A stretch of DNA of 63,872 nucleotides, counting the filler, from Folioceros fuciformis (lineage: Eukaryota), in the NCBI GenBank assembly GCA_049999805.1. It is 32 parts of 32 records of this genome, joined end to end, with 100 filler letters (N's around TTAATTAATTAA, not from the genome) between each part and the next. Parts side by side here need not be neighbours in the genome. Positions count along the whole stretch, not along the records: positions 24,839 to 26,048 come from JBNGIO010003826.1; positions 26,149 to 27,516 come from JBNGIO010003827.1; positions 27,617 to 28,948 come from JBNGIO010003828.1; positions 29,049 to 30,176 come from JBNGIO010003829.1; positions 30,277 to 31,398 come from JBNGIO010003830.1; positions 31,499 to 32,610 come from JBNGIO010003831.1; positions 32,711 to 33,806 come from JBNGIO010003832.1; positions 33,907 to 35,037 come from JBNGIO010003833.1; 24 more parts are not named here. The stretch is one strand, 5' to 3'. Under the pieces are notes generated by a model that saw only the letters and a list, made by a program, of their open reading frames with translations, was not told where the DNA came from and ran no database searches. Made by a program: the position numbers and the translations under genes. Positions 24,839 to 36,548 of the stretch are shown here, in pieces (position 1 is the stretch's first letter; each line of letters begins with the position of its first letter).

Positions 24839-26048
24839 TCGCTCCGCTCCATATATTCGGTGATATTCGCATCCAGATATTTCGCGATGCGATCGAGCAG
24901 GGCGCCGGCACCGCTCGCGCCATGCAGGGGGAGGCGCCGGCTCCCGATGCGATCCAACCACTGCATGTCATACCAGATCCGGTTATCGCTTTCCGGAAGA
25001 TCCTCAGCCTCGATGCGCGCGGCGGGATCTGCGGCCCGGCGCAATAGCTGCAGGTCGAGCGAGATATCCCGCAAAGCGATACTCACGCTTCGAACGAGGA
25101 CCGTTGCATCATAGCTTCGGCTCGGATGGCGCGGAATGTCGAACGCATCGTAGAATCCGCGAAGCGTCGGCACCGGGACGCCATCGTCAATGCGCTCAGC
25201 GACAGCGCAGGCGACATCCGCGAATTCCTCGACCACCCCACGAATCCAGTCATCGAGGTCTTCAAGGCCCGCCAGCTTGATCCTATGTCCCCGTTTGCCA
25301 AGGGCCGCGGAAAGCACGGTGAAAAAGAATCCTTTAAGCCGGGGCGAGGCGGCAGTGCTCGCTTCTATGCCGTTCGTCGACGGAATGATCTGGCGAACAT
25401 TGATGGTAAGCGGTCGCACTTTGGGCAGCGGCCATTTTCGCACTGCATAAAGGGCGTGGAACAAGGTTTTCGACGCATGTCCCCTCAGGGCAGGATTTTG
25501 CCGGATGTCCACGCCGTCTAGACATGCCAGTGCAAAGAGAGATTCATCGCATCGCTGCCCTNNNNNNNNNNNNNNNNNNNNNNNNNNNNNNNNNNNNNNN
25601 NNNNNNNNNNNNNNNNNNNNNNNNNNNNNNNNNNNNNNNNNNNNNNNNNNNNNNNNNNNNNCCGAGCTTCTCACCATAGTTTTTGAGGCGTTTTGGATCG
25701 AACTTGTCTAGATAGGGCAGGACGCGAACGAGGGTGGCCGGCCAGTCTTCACGCGCATTTTCGTCGTGGCGGGCTTCGATCGCCCGGCGATTGATTTCAG
25801 CGAAAATCGATTCCGCCGCGACACTGGCCGCCTCCGGAGCAAGCGCTCGTAGCAGCGAGAGCATCACCGCTGGTTGTTGCCGGGTGAGCGTGCTGCGCAA
25901 GTGCACGAGGCGATAATCGTCTTCAGTCAGTCGCAGGGTTGCCTCGACGAAACCCGCGAATTTCGACGTCTGGAATTCAGGGGCGTTGGAGATACGAACC
26001 CATAAGGAGCGCAGCTCACTTACCCGCGCGAAGTCCAGCGCGTCGAAC
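24839..26048 (-). CDS. Internal fragment of a large bacterial-type hypothetical protein
   Basis: Minus-strand reading frames are open across both contigs of the scaffold. About 60% GC, proteobacteria-like codon use, no introns. Confidence 0.55.
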
Positions 26049-26148
26049 NNNNNNNNNNNNNNNNNNNNNNNNNNNNNNNNNNNNNNNNNNNNTTAATTAA
26101 TTAANNNNNNNNNNNNNNNNNNNNNNNNNNNNNNNNNNNNNNNNNNNN

Positions 26149-27516
26149 CCCGGTGGCAATGCATCCTTGGCACCGTTTCCGCTTTCCAAATCCGGCCCTA
26201 TTATCCATCTAATAGCACCCCATTATCAAGGGCTTTCTGTCTCGAACTCCATAGTGGATTGAAGATTGAGAAGGTCTAAACCTTCCTGTACGGATAATAT
26301 AGATTTTTTTGTTTAAAAAAATTATCAAAAAATTACAGGCACGGTTTTGGTAGCTTGTCTTATTGAATGGGTTCAGTTCAATGAAGTACATCATAATGGA
26401 ATCTCCCGTTCTTATATTATGCAGTTAAGGGTTATAATATAGGGCAAGGAGTGATGAAAATTAAGAACTCGATCATACCTATCCATTAGTTACAACAACA
26501 ACTATGACGATTGATTTGTTGCAAACAAATTCACAAAATATTTATAATGAATTCATCTAAAGTATACACATAATAGTTTGTTTAAATCTGATAAGATACA
26601 TGAGTTATTTAAGGCTAATAAGGTGTATACGTTGTTCAAGAGTAATAATGTATATAAGTTATTGGATAAGAAGGCAATTCACCTTATACTCCATATATCT
26701 ATAGAAAGCATACATATGTACATATATATTGTATTTCGAATAATTCTCATTTGTATTGTTCAACGTCATCACCTCACACTCTAAATGGGTGCTCACACTT
26801 TTGGATCTATGTATGTACCTTGATCAANNNNNNNNNNCCCGGTGGCAATGCATCCTTGGCACCGTTTCCGCTTTCCAAATCCGGCCCTATTATCCATCTA
26901 ATAGCACCCCATTATCAAGGGCTTTCTGTCTCGAACTCCATAGTGGATTGAAGATTGAGAAGGTCTAAACCTTCCTGTACGGATAATATAGATTTTTTTG
27001 TTTAAAAAAATTATCAAAAAATTACAGGCACGGTTTTGGTAGCTTGTCTTATTGAATGGGTTCAGTTCAATGAAGTACATCATAATGGAATCTCCCGTTC
27101 TTATATTATGCAGTTAAGGGTTATAATATAGGGCAAGGAGTGATGAAAATTAAGAACTCGATCATACCTATCCATTAGTTACAACAACAACTATGACGAT
27201 TGATTTGTTGCAAACAAATTCACAAAATATTTATAATGAATTCATCTAAAGTATACACATAATAGTTTGTTTAAATCTGATAAGATACATGAGTTATTTA
27301 AGGCTAATAAGGTGTATACGTTGTTCAAGAGTAATAATGTATATAAGTTATTGGATAAGAAGGCAATTCACCTTATACTCCATATATCTATAGAAAGCAT
27401 ACATATGTACATATATATTGTATTTCGAATAATTCTCATTTGTATTGTTCAACGTCATCACCTCACACTCTAAATGGGTGCTCACACTTTTGGATCTATG
27501 TATGTACCTTGATCAA
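26149..27516. repeat. Twin contig: 679 bp + 10N + identical 679 bp
   Basis: Identical ORFs offset by 689 bp. Confidence 0.95.
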
Positions 27517-27616
27517 NNNNNNNNNNNNNNNNNNNNNNNNNNNNNNNNNNNNNNNNNNNNTTAATTAATTAANNNNNNNNNNNNNNNNNNNNNNNNNNNN
27601 NNNNNNNNNNNNNNNN

Positions 27617-28948
27617 AAACAAGAACGCATGTTTATTTGAGTAGGCGGCCGTTTATCTTCAATATAATCGAATTAAACGCCCATATGCCGTACCGTAACT
27701 TGGAGAATAGATCAAAGAAATTGTCGCAGTGTCCTATTCAAGAGTTCTCCATGATCCTTCTACAAATTTTACCGACTGCCAATTGCTCCTTTTGGATAAG
27801 GGGGCCGGTTCCTTTGTGCCCCAGACTTGTTGCCGCTGAGCATTGGCTGGATCATTTTGAGCAAATAGAGATCAGTTTGAGCAAAATTGAGTTGTCTGTA
27901 AGCTCGGCAACTGCTCTCCATTCGGGTGAACTCGGATTTTGACAAGCGGCGCATGTCAAAATGGCTCATTGCTCCGCTCTGCAACTAGTGATCGCGCGCT
28001 CAGGACCGATGCCCTCCAGCATCAGGCTCTGACGCATCACGAACGATATCCAGAATAGGACTCATGGATAATTAGGAGGGAATTAGCTGGGGCGGTTGTT
28101 TGTCCCTAGCCCATCACCATCGGCGGAAGGCGGCGGCGGGTTGCCGCGCCGGGACTCTGGCGCGCGGAGACCGGCGTGAAGACGCCGCCGCGAAGTGCGC
28201 GCTGGATTGTCGGTTGTCGCGTCGCGATCGGGGGCCTGTGTGTGCGGCAAGGCCGCGCGAGCCATAGTGACCAGGACNNNNNNNNNNAAACAAGAACGCA
28301 TGTTTATTTGAGTAGGCGGCCGTTTATCTTCAATATAATCGAATTAAACGCCCATATGCCGTACCGTAACTTGGAGAATAGATCAAAGAAATTGTCGCAG
28401 TGTCCTATTCAAGAGTTCTCCATGATCCTTCTACAAATTTTACCGACTGCCAATTGCTCCTTTTGGATAAGGGGGCCGGTTCCTTTGTGCCCCAGACTTG
28501 TTGCCGCTGAGCATTGGCTGGATCATTTTGAGCAAATAGAGATCAGTTTGAGCAAAATTGAGTTGTCTGTAAGCTCGGCAACTGCTCTCCATTCGGGTGA
28601 ACTCGGATTTTGACAAGCGGCGCATGTCAAAATGGCTCATTGCTCCGCTCTGCAACTAGTGATCGCGCGCTCAGGACCGATGCCCTCCAGCATCAGGCTC
28701 TGACGCATCACGAACGATATCCAGAATAGGACTCATGGATAATTAGGAGGGAATTAGCTGGGGCGGTTGTTTGTCCCTAGCCCATCACCATCGGCGGAAG
28801 GCGGCGGCGGGTTGCCGCGCCGGGACTCTGGCGCGCGGAGACCGGCGTGAAGACGCCGCCGCGAAGTGCGCGCTGGATTGTCGGTTGTCGCGTCGCGATC
28901 GGGGGCCTGTGTGTGCGGCAAGGCCGCGCGAGCCATAGTGACCAGGAC
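27617..28948. repeat. Twin contig: 661 bp + 10N + identical 661 bp
   Basis: Identical ORFs offset by 671 bp. Confidence 0.95.
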
Positions 28949-29048
28949 NNNNNNNNNNNNNNNNNNNNNNNNNNNNNNNNNNNNNNNNNNNNTTAATTAA
29001 TTAANNNNNNNNNNNNNNNNNNNNNNNNNNNNNNNNNNNNNNNNNNNN

Positions 29049-29189
29049 GTGCCCGTGTTCGTGGAAGAGACTGCGGCGGGCGAGGCCTATATTTTCGTCA
29101 ATGGCGGGCGACGGGGCCTGCAGATGAAGCTTGCTCCGGCCGACCTGTTGCGCGGGCTGGCCGCGACCACTGCCTCGTTCGCGATCTGA
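29049..29189 (+). CDS. ybaK: Bacterial YbaK/EbsC Cys-tRNA(Pro) deacylase, C-terminal fragment (second copy 29618-29758)
   Basis: Manual translation VPVFVEETAAGEAYIFVNGGRRGLQMKLAPADLLRGLAATTASFAI* contains the YbaK GGxRG motif and LAPxDL. Confidence 0.8.
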   Translation: MPVFVEETAAGEAYIFVNGGRRGLQMKLAPADLLRGLAATTASFAI

Positions 29190-29195
29190 AGCTCT

Positions 29196-29607
29196 TCACA
29201 GCAAGACATAGTCCCGTGCTTCCAGTTCCGGCGGCAAATCATCGTGCCCAGCGGCGTGGAGAAGTTCGCGCTCGACGATGCGGACTATGGCGGCAAGCGG
29301 GAGATCGTTCGCGTCGGTTCCGAACGGATCGCTCAGTTCGTCGCCCAACGCATCCAGCCCGAAGAAGGCGTAGCTGATCAGGAAGGTCGGAAGCGGGGTC
29401 CACCAGTCCAGCGTCGGGGCCAGCGCGAAAGGCAGCAGCAGGCAAAATGCATAAGCGGTGCGGTGCAGCAGCAACGAGTAGGAAAAAGGCAAGGGCGTGG
29501 TCTTGATCCGCTCGCAGCCGCCCTGGACGTGCGACAACTCGGTAAGCTGGATCTCCAGCACCGAATAATGGATCGGATCGATGGCTTCCGATTTAGCCAG
29601 CTCTCGG
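29196..29607 (-). CDS. Bacterial bestrophin-family (YneE-like) ion channel, C-terminal fragment (second copy 29765-30176)
   Basis: GGCERIKTTPLPFSYSLLLHRT..FFGLDALGDELSDPFGTDANDLPL are hallmark motifs. Confidence 0.92.
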
Positions 29608-30276
29608 NNNNNNNNNNGTGCCCGTGTTCGTGGAAGAGACTGCGGCGGGCGAGGCCTATATTTTCGTCAATGGCGGGCGACGGGGCCTGCAGATGAAGCT
29701 TGCTCCGGCCGACCTGTTGCGCGGGCTGGCCGCGACCACTGCCTCGTTCGCGATCTGAAGCTCTTCACAGCAAGACATAGTCCCGTGCTTCCAGTTCCGG
29801 CGGCAAATCATCGTGCCCAGCGGCGTGGAGAAGTTCGCGCTCGACGATGCGGACTATGGCGGCAAGCGGGAGATCGTTCGCGTCGGTTCCGAACGGATCG
29901 CTCAGTTCGTCGCCCAACGCATCCAGCCCGAAGAAGGCGTAGCTGATCAGGAAGGTCGGAAGCGGGGTCCACCAGTCCAGCGTCGGGGCCAGCGCGAAAG
30001 GCAGCAGCAGGCAAAATGCATAAGCGGTGCGGTGCAGCAGCAACGAGTAGGAAAAAGGCAAGGGCGTGGTCTTGATCCGCTCGCAGCCGCCCTGGACGTG
30101 CGACAACTCGGTAAGCTGGATCTCCAGCACCGAATAATGGATCGGATCGATGGCTTCCGATTTAGCCAGCTCTCGGNNNNNNNNNNNNNNNNNNNNNNNN
30201 NNNNNNNNNNNNNNNNNNNNTTAATTAATTAANNNNNNNNNNNNNNNNNNNNNNNNNNNNNNNNNNNNNNNNNNNN

Positions 30277-31398
30277 CAACCGTTAACTACTTTGTTAAAA
30301 AATAAAAGTAGCTCTACCAAAACAAAATTGAAAATTTATTTTATTATATTTTTGATTAACAAGAAAAAATTTGCCTTTATGGAAAAAATTTTCAATTTAG
30401 ATTAACGTAAAAATATAACTACACAGCCAAAAATCTATATTTAAACAGAAATAAGTTGACTCCTTGACTCTCTCATGGTACAATCCTCTTCCCACAGCCT
30501 CCTTACTTTCTTCTAAAGATCAAGAAGCGTAAGAAAAAAAAAAGGAAAATAACACTGATGCAAGCGGTTCAAAAGTTTAACTAACCCAGACTAACTAATA
30601 AAAGAAACTAACTTTTTTATATACTTTTGTTGGCTTAATTATTCCTATTTGTATGTAAACTTTATACTCAGATTATATCTAATATAAATATCCCTTAAAA
30701 ATGTAAGTCATCACAGAAGTTATTATCTCAGACAAGTTAACCCAATAAAAAAAGCACGAAAGTTAAATAATATTTTTGATAAAATTAATTCTTAGTCAAT
30801 TATAGTGATGATGCATAACTGCATGGATAAGCNNNNNNNNNNCAACCGTTAACTACTTTGTTAAAAAATAAAAGTAGCTCTACCAAAACAAAATTGAAAA
30901 TTTATTTTATTATATTTTTGATTAACAAGAAAAAATTTGCCTTTATGGAAAAAATTTTCAATTTAGATTAACGTAAAAATATAACTACACAGCCAAAAAT
31001 CTATATTTAAACAGAAATAAGTTGACTCCTTGACTCTCTCATGGTACAATCCTCTTCCCACAGCCTCCTTACTTTCTTCTAAAGATCAAGAAGCGTAAGA
31101 AAAAAAAAAGGAAAATAACACTGATGCAAGCGGTTCAAAAGTTTAACTAACCCAGACTAACTAATAAAAGAAACTAACTTTTTTATATACTTTTGTTGGC
31201 TTAATTATTCCTATTTGTATGTAAACTTTATACTCAGATTATATCTAATATAAATATCCCTTAAAAATGTAAGTCATCACAGAAGTTATTATCTCAGACA
31301 AGTTAACCCAATAAAAAAAGCACGAAAGTTAAATAATATTTTTGATAAAATTAATTCTTAGTCAATTATAGTGATGATGCATAACTGCATGGATAAGC
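30277..31398. repeat. Twin contig: 556 bp AT-rich non-coding + 10N + identical copy
   Basis: Direct comparison of the two halves. Confidence 0.95.
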
Positions 31399-31498
31399 NN
31401 NNNNNNNNNNNNNNNNNNNNNNNNNNNNNNNNNNNNNNNNNNTTAATTAATTAANNNNNNNNNNNNNNNNNNNNNNNNNNNNNNNNNNNNNNNNNNNN

Positions 31499-32610
31499 TC
31501 TCAGTAGCCTGCCCGTCGCCCAACTGTTGCAGCGGTACCGAAATACATCGCGCCGATGGATTTTTGCGCGAAGCGAAGGCGCCAAATCGTCTCGTGAGTA
31601 ACGAATAAAGCCTGCGAGAAATCGTACAACTCACATTCTTAGCACCCGATGATTCTTGTACGTTCCCAATCCAGGATTTACGGCTCTTATTCCCTTGGAG
31701 ATGGGCAGGAACTCAGCGACGTGAGGATATAGACACACTCCGGGGACTTTTATTGGGATCCGCTGATGATGAGCCTGGTGAATGGAATCGTCCTCTCTTA
31801 TATTTTGAGGCGCACAGCCCGCGCAATCCATGGGGCCTAGAAAAGCAAAAGCATATCGACTGCCATCTAACTCATTTCACTTGGCGCCATAAAAAGTTGC
31901 AGCAGAGCTCGCCTGTGGCTGATTTAAACGGGCGAGACCGTTTTAATTTGCCAAGCGGTCAACGGCGTCGCGATAGCGGGCAACGACAATTGCTTCATCG
32001 AATTCCCTTTCCATCTTGGACCTCCCTGCCCGCCCCATCCGGGCTTTTGNNNNNNNNNNTCTCAGTAGCCTGCCCGTCGCCCAACTGTTGCAGCGGTACC
32101 GAAATACATCGCGCCGATGGATTTTTGCGCGAAGCGAAGGCGCCAAATCGTCTCGTGAGTAACGAATAAAGCCTGCGAGAAATCGTACAACTCACATTCT
32201 TAGCACCCGATGATTCTTGTACGTTCCCAATCCAGGATTTACGGCTCTTATTCCCTTGGAGATGGGCAGGAACTCAGCGACGTGAGGATATAGACACACT
32301 CCGGGGACTTTTATTGGGATCCGCTGATGATGAGCCTGGTGAATGGAATCGTCCTCTCTTATATTTTGAGGCGCACAGCCCGCGCAATCCATGGGGCCTA
32401 GAAAAGCAAAAGCATATCGACTGCCATCTAACTCATTTCACTTGGCGCCATAAAAAGTTGCAGCAGAGCTCGCCTGTGGCTGATTTAAACGGGCGAGACC
32501 GTTTTAATTTGCCAAGCGGTCAACGGCGTCGCGATAGCGGGCAACGACAATTGCTTCATCGAATTCCCTTTCCATCTTGGACCTCCCTGCCCGCCCCATC
32601 CGGGCTTTTG
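31499..32610. repeat. Twin contig: 551 bp + 10N + identical copy
   Basis: Identical ORFs offset by 561 bp. Confidence 0.95.
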
Positions 32611-32710
32611 NNNNNNNNNNNNNNNNNNNNNNNNNNNNNNNNNNNNNNNNNNNNTTAATTAATTAANNNNNNNNNNNNNNNNNNNNNNNNNNNNNNNNNN
32701 NNNNNNNNNN

Positions 32711-32902
32711 GACCCGGTTGATGACATCGCGCATCAGCCAGGCGGTGAGTGACGTTGCGATAGCAGCGATCATCATGAACATGAATGAAATGATATAGCC
32801 ACGAGCATGAACTCGCCCTTGCTCCATTAGCAATCTCCATGCCAATGGTAACATTCTTCCAGACGAAGCTAGCTTATATCCACGTAGGAAACGAAAAAAC
32901 AT
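32711..32902 (-). CDS. N-terminus of bacterial MsbA-like ABC transporter (fused permease/ATPase); second copy 33264-33455
   Basis: ..WRLLMEQGRVHARGYIISFMFMMIAAIATSLTAWLMRDVINRV resembles the first TM of alphaproteobacterial ABC exporters. It lies in a 543-bp twin contig. Confidence 0.7.
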
Positions 32903-33906
32903 TCAGACACCAGAATGTTGGGACTGCTCCTTTCCCAAAGGAATAATCGACAATCTCAACGGAATTAAACTTCGATAGCGTATTAGCGTATGGGAGCCTT
33001 TCCTACAAAACCTAAATTCCAACAGCAGCCAATTTCGGGCTCTTTGCCAGCCGCATCGCGACCGCAAAGGCTCCGCATGGTCCTGGTGTGCTTTAACGAC
33101 AAGTCTAACCTCGTGAAATCGCAGAGCTTCTGGATCTCGGCCGAAGTATTTTCTACGCGATCTAAGGACGATTGCCCGGCGGATCGCGCCGACCCAGTTC
33201 ATTCTGTGAATCGATCGGTGTGGCAGCATTCAGGGGATCGATGAGATGCATGTNNNNNNNNNNGACCCGGTTGATGACATCGCGCATCAGCCAGGCGGTG
33301 AGTGACGTTGCGATAGCAGCGATCATCATGAACATGAATGAAATGATATAGCCACGAGCATGAACTCGCCCTTGCTCCATTAGCAATCTCCATGCCAATG
33401 GTAACATTCTTCCAGACGAAGCTAGCTTATATCCACGTAGGAAACGAAAAAACATTCAGACACCAGAATGTTGGGACTGCTCCTTTCCCAAAGGAATAAT
33501 CGACAATCTCAACGGAATTAAACTTCGATAGCGTATTAGCGTATGGGAGCCTTTCCTACAAAACCTAAATTCCAACAGCAGCCAATTTCGGGCTCTTTGC
33601 CAGCCGCATCGCGACCGCAAAGGCTCCGCATGGTCCTGGTGTGCTTTAACGACAAGTCTAACCTCGTGAAATCGCAGAGCTTCTGGATCTCGGCCGAAGT
33701 ATTTTCTACGCGATCTAAGGACGATTGCCCGGCGGATCGCGCCGACCCAGTTCATTCTGTGAATCGATCGGTGTGGCAGCATTCAGGGGATCGATGAGAT
33801 GCATGTNNNNNNNNNNNNNNNNNNNNNNNNNNNNNNNNNNNNNNNNNNNNTTAATTAATTAANNNNNNNNNNNNNNNNNNNNNNNNNNNNNNNNNNNNNN
33901 NNNNNN

Positions 33907-35037
33907 CTATAGTATTTCTAGTACTAGTTTAGTATTATCTATATCTACTATATCTAAGATAACTTAATATTTAATATATTTAACTATACTAATTTATACT
34001 AGTTCGGTTTTATATTTTACTATCTAAAAGTAAGTTCTACTAAGAGTTATTACTTCTAATAAGTATATCTTATATTATAGTAGAATTTTCTATTATTTTA
34101 TAAACTTTCTATTTATAAAGTTCTAAGTTACTTTACTATCTATAAGAGCTTTAAACTTACTTTTTCTAGGTCTAATTTTTCTATATTTATATAGATAGAA
34201 GTTATTTAAGTTTTCTTTTACTATTATAGCTAGTTTTATTATTTATAGCTAATATTTAGTATAGATCTTAGTATCTATATATTTTAGGTATTTATTATTT
34301 AGGTACTAGTACTATAGTTATTCTAGTATATATTTAATTAGTAATAGTAGTTCTAATTTAATATATACTAAGTTTTACTAGTCTTAGGTTTATACTTATT
34401 TCTACCTATATATTTTATCTAATCTAATAAAGTTAGTAATTAGGTTATTATCTATTCTTATTAGCTAGTAGTTATAAATCTTTTTAGTTAAGTAGTATAT
34501 TATATATTCTTTTTTAATATAAGATACCTAGGCTACTTTAAAGTATATAGAGTATTACTAGTTTAGTTTTTTATTATCTAATATTAAAATCTAATATCTC
34601 TATTAGTTTTATTTCTTATAGAAGTNNNNNNNNNNNNNNNNNNNNNNNNNNNNNNNNNNNNNNNNNNNNNNNNNNNNNNNNNNNNNNNNNNNNNNNNNNN
34701 NNNNNNNNNNNNNNNNNNNNNNNNNTATTATATATTCTTTTTTAATATAAGATACCTAGGCTATCTTAAAGTACGTAGAGTATTACTAGTTTAGTCTTTT
34801 ATTATCTAATATTAAAACCTAATATCTCTATTAGTTTTATTTCTTATAGAGGTCTATATATATAGAAATCTATTATTATATTACTATATAGTAGTATTAG
34901 TATTAGTCTTCTTTAGTAGTTAACTTAGTAATTTTCTTTTATATCTATTAGTCTAGGTATTCTTTAATTAGGTAGTATATCTTTTCTACTTATTTCTTAA
35001 AATAATAGAAGTTAGTTAATATTATATTATCTTTCTT
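33907..35037. repeat. RIP-mutated (fungal-type) repeat relic
   Basis: Very AT-rich and TpA-saturated; no CpA or TpG found by eye. Confidence 0.85.
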
Positions 35038-35261
35038 NNNNNNNNNNNNNNNNNNNNNNNNNNNNNNNNNNNNNNNNNNNNTTAATTAATTAANNNNNNN
35101 NNNNNNNNNNNNNNNNNNNNNNNNNNNNNNNNNNNNNTATTGTTTAGAGAAGGGCTAGGCTATATATGTTCTCTCTGTGAATCGGTGTGTGTTAGAGAGT
35201 GCAGTCTTGTGTGTCGAAAAACCACACCACAGCTAGTTAGAAGTCTAGATGCGTGGGAGCT

Positions 35262-35346
35262 ATGGCTATCACTTTTGATGTTTCCAACCACCAGGGTCTG
35301 AAGGAGCTTGATGAGTTCTTGCTCACGCAGAGCTACATCTCGTTGT
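35262..35346 (+). pseudogene. eEF1B (elongation factor 1-beta/delta) first-exon fragment
   Basis: MAITFDVSNHQGLKELDEFLLTQSYIS followed by GTAAG matches the plant eEF1B N-terminus (..GLKKLDEYLLTRSYI.G). No further exons are present. Confidence 0.75.
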
Positions 35347-36090
35347 GTAAGTCATGTCCCCACCTATCTTGGCTTTAGGGTGTATTTGGGATTGGAGGCT
35401 AACGTCATGCTCCATCGTCCAGCTCCCAAGCATCAAAGGATGATGAAGAGGTTTTTGCTGCTTTGAGGGAGAGGGAGGTNNNNNNNNNNNNNNNNNNNNN
35501 NNNNNNNNNNNNNNNNNNNNNNNNNNNNNNNNNNNNNNNNNNNNNNNNNNNNNNNNNNNNNNNNNNNNNNNNNNNNNNNTTGAGATATTGGATCTCACTC
35601 TGTCGGATTGGCAGTGTGTGTGCCCACTCTTCCGCATTTGCCTTCAGCTGGTTCCCGGAAATCTTAGTCACTTGAGAGGAAGAAATTAAGCTAGTACCTA
35701 TCAATTCACTAGGTTCTTCGGTCCAGGGATGGATTAAGCCATCCCCTCAGAGGATCCAGTTGTGCTTGCTTATTTATTGCCCCCAAAATTTCATAGAATA
35801 ACAAAAGGCCTACTGCTTAACACTGCCAATCCGACAAAGTGAGATCCAATATTTCAACCAAATCCAACCCTAGGTTCCGTATTCCCAACCTGTCGCCCGC
35901 GACCACGAGAGCACTGACGTGCCTAAACCACCGAGAGAGGTTGATATGCCCACTGGCCAGGACCTCCCTCTCCCTCAAAGCAGCAAAAACCTCTTCATCA
36001 TCCTTTGAAGCCTAGGAGCTGGACGATGGAGCATGACGTTAGCCTCCAATCCCAAATACACCCTAAAGCCAAGATAGGTGGGGACATGAC

Positions 36091-36177
36091 TTACAACGAG
36101 ATGTAGCTCCGCGTGAGCAAGAACTCGTCAAGCTCCTTCAGACCCTGGTGGTTGGAAACATCAAAAGTAATAACCAT
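36091..36177 (-). pseudogene. eEF1B first-exon fragment, inverted second copy
   Basis: MVITFDVSNHQGLKELDEFLLTRSYISL*. Confidence 0.75.
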
Positions 36178-36548
36178 AGCTCCCACGCGTCTGGACTTCA
36201 AACTAGCCGTGGTGTAGTTTTTGCGACATGCGACACTGTGCTCTCTAACACACACCGATTCACAGAGAGAACATATATAGCCTAGCCCTTCTCTAAACAA
36301 TATGATGTAGACTACGCTTACAAGGCTAAGGCTTCCCCTTTACTTGTCCTTGCTCTCGGTATTTTCGAAAAAATTTCTACGGTAGACTCTTTTGTTAGTG
36401 GAAGGTCACATGTTGTAGAGGAAAAAAACTTTCGACACTCCCATTTTGNNNNNNNNNNNNNNNNNNNNNNNNNNNNNNNNNNNNNNNNNNNNTTAATTAA
36501 TTAANNNNNNNNNNNNNNNNNNNNNNNNNNNNNNNNNNNNNNNNNNNN

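Larger units (their letters stand above)
35138..36302. repeat. Long inverted repeat (fold-back), arms ~480 bp, loop ~200 bp
   Basis: 35138-35479 is the reverse complement of ~35962-36302, and 35580-35617 of 35820-35857. The arms are similar but not identical. Confidence 0.9.

Noticed and set aside
29049-33806. Horizontal transfer or tandem duplication of bacterial genes in the plant
   Set aside because: Isolated twin contigs with no host flanks; contamination plus a scaffolding artefact is simpler.
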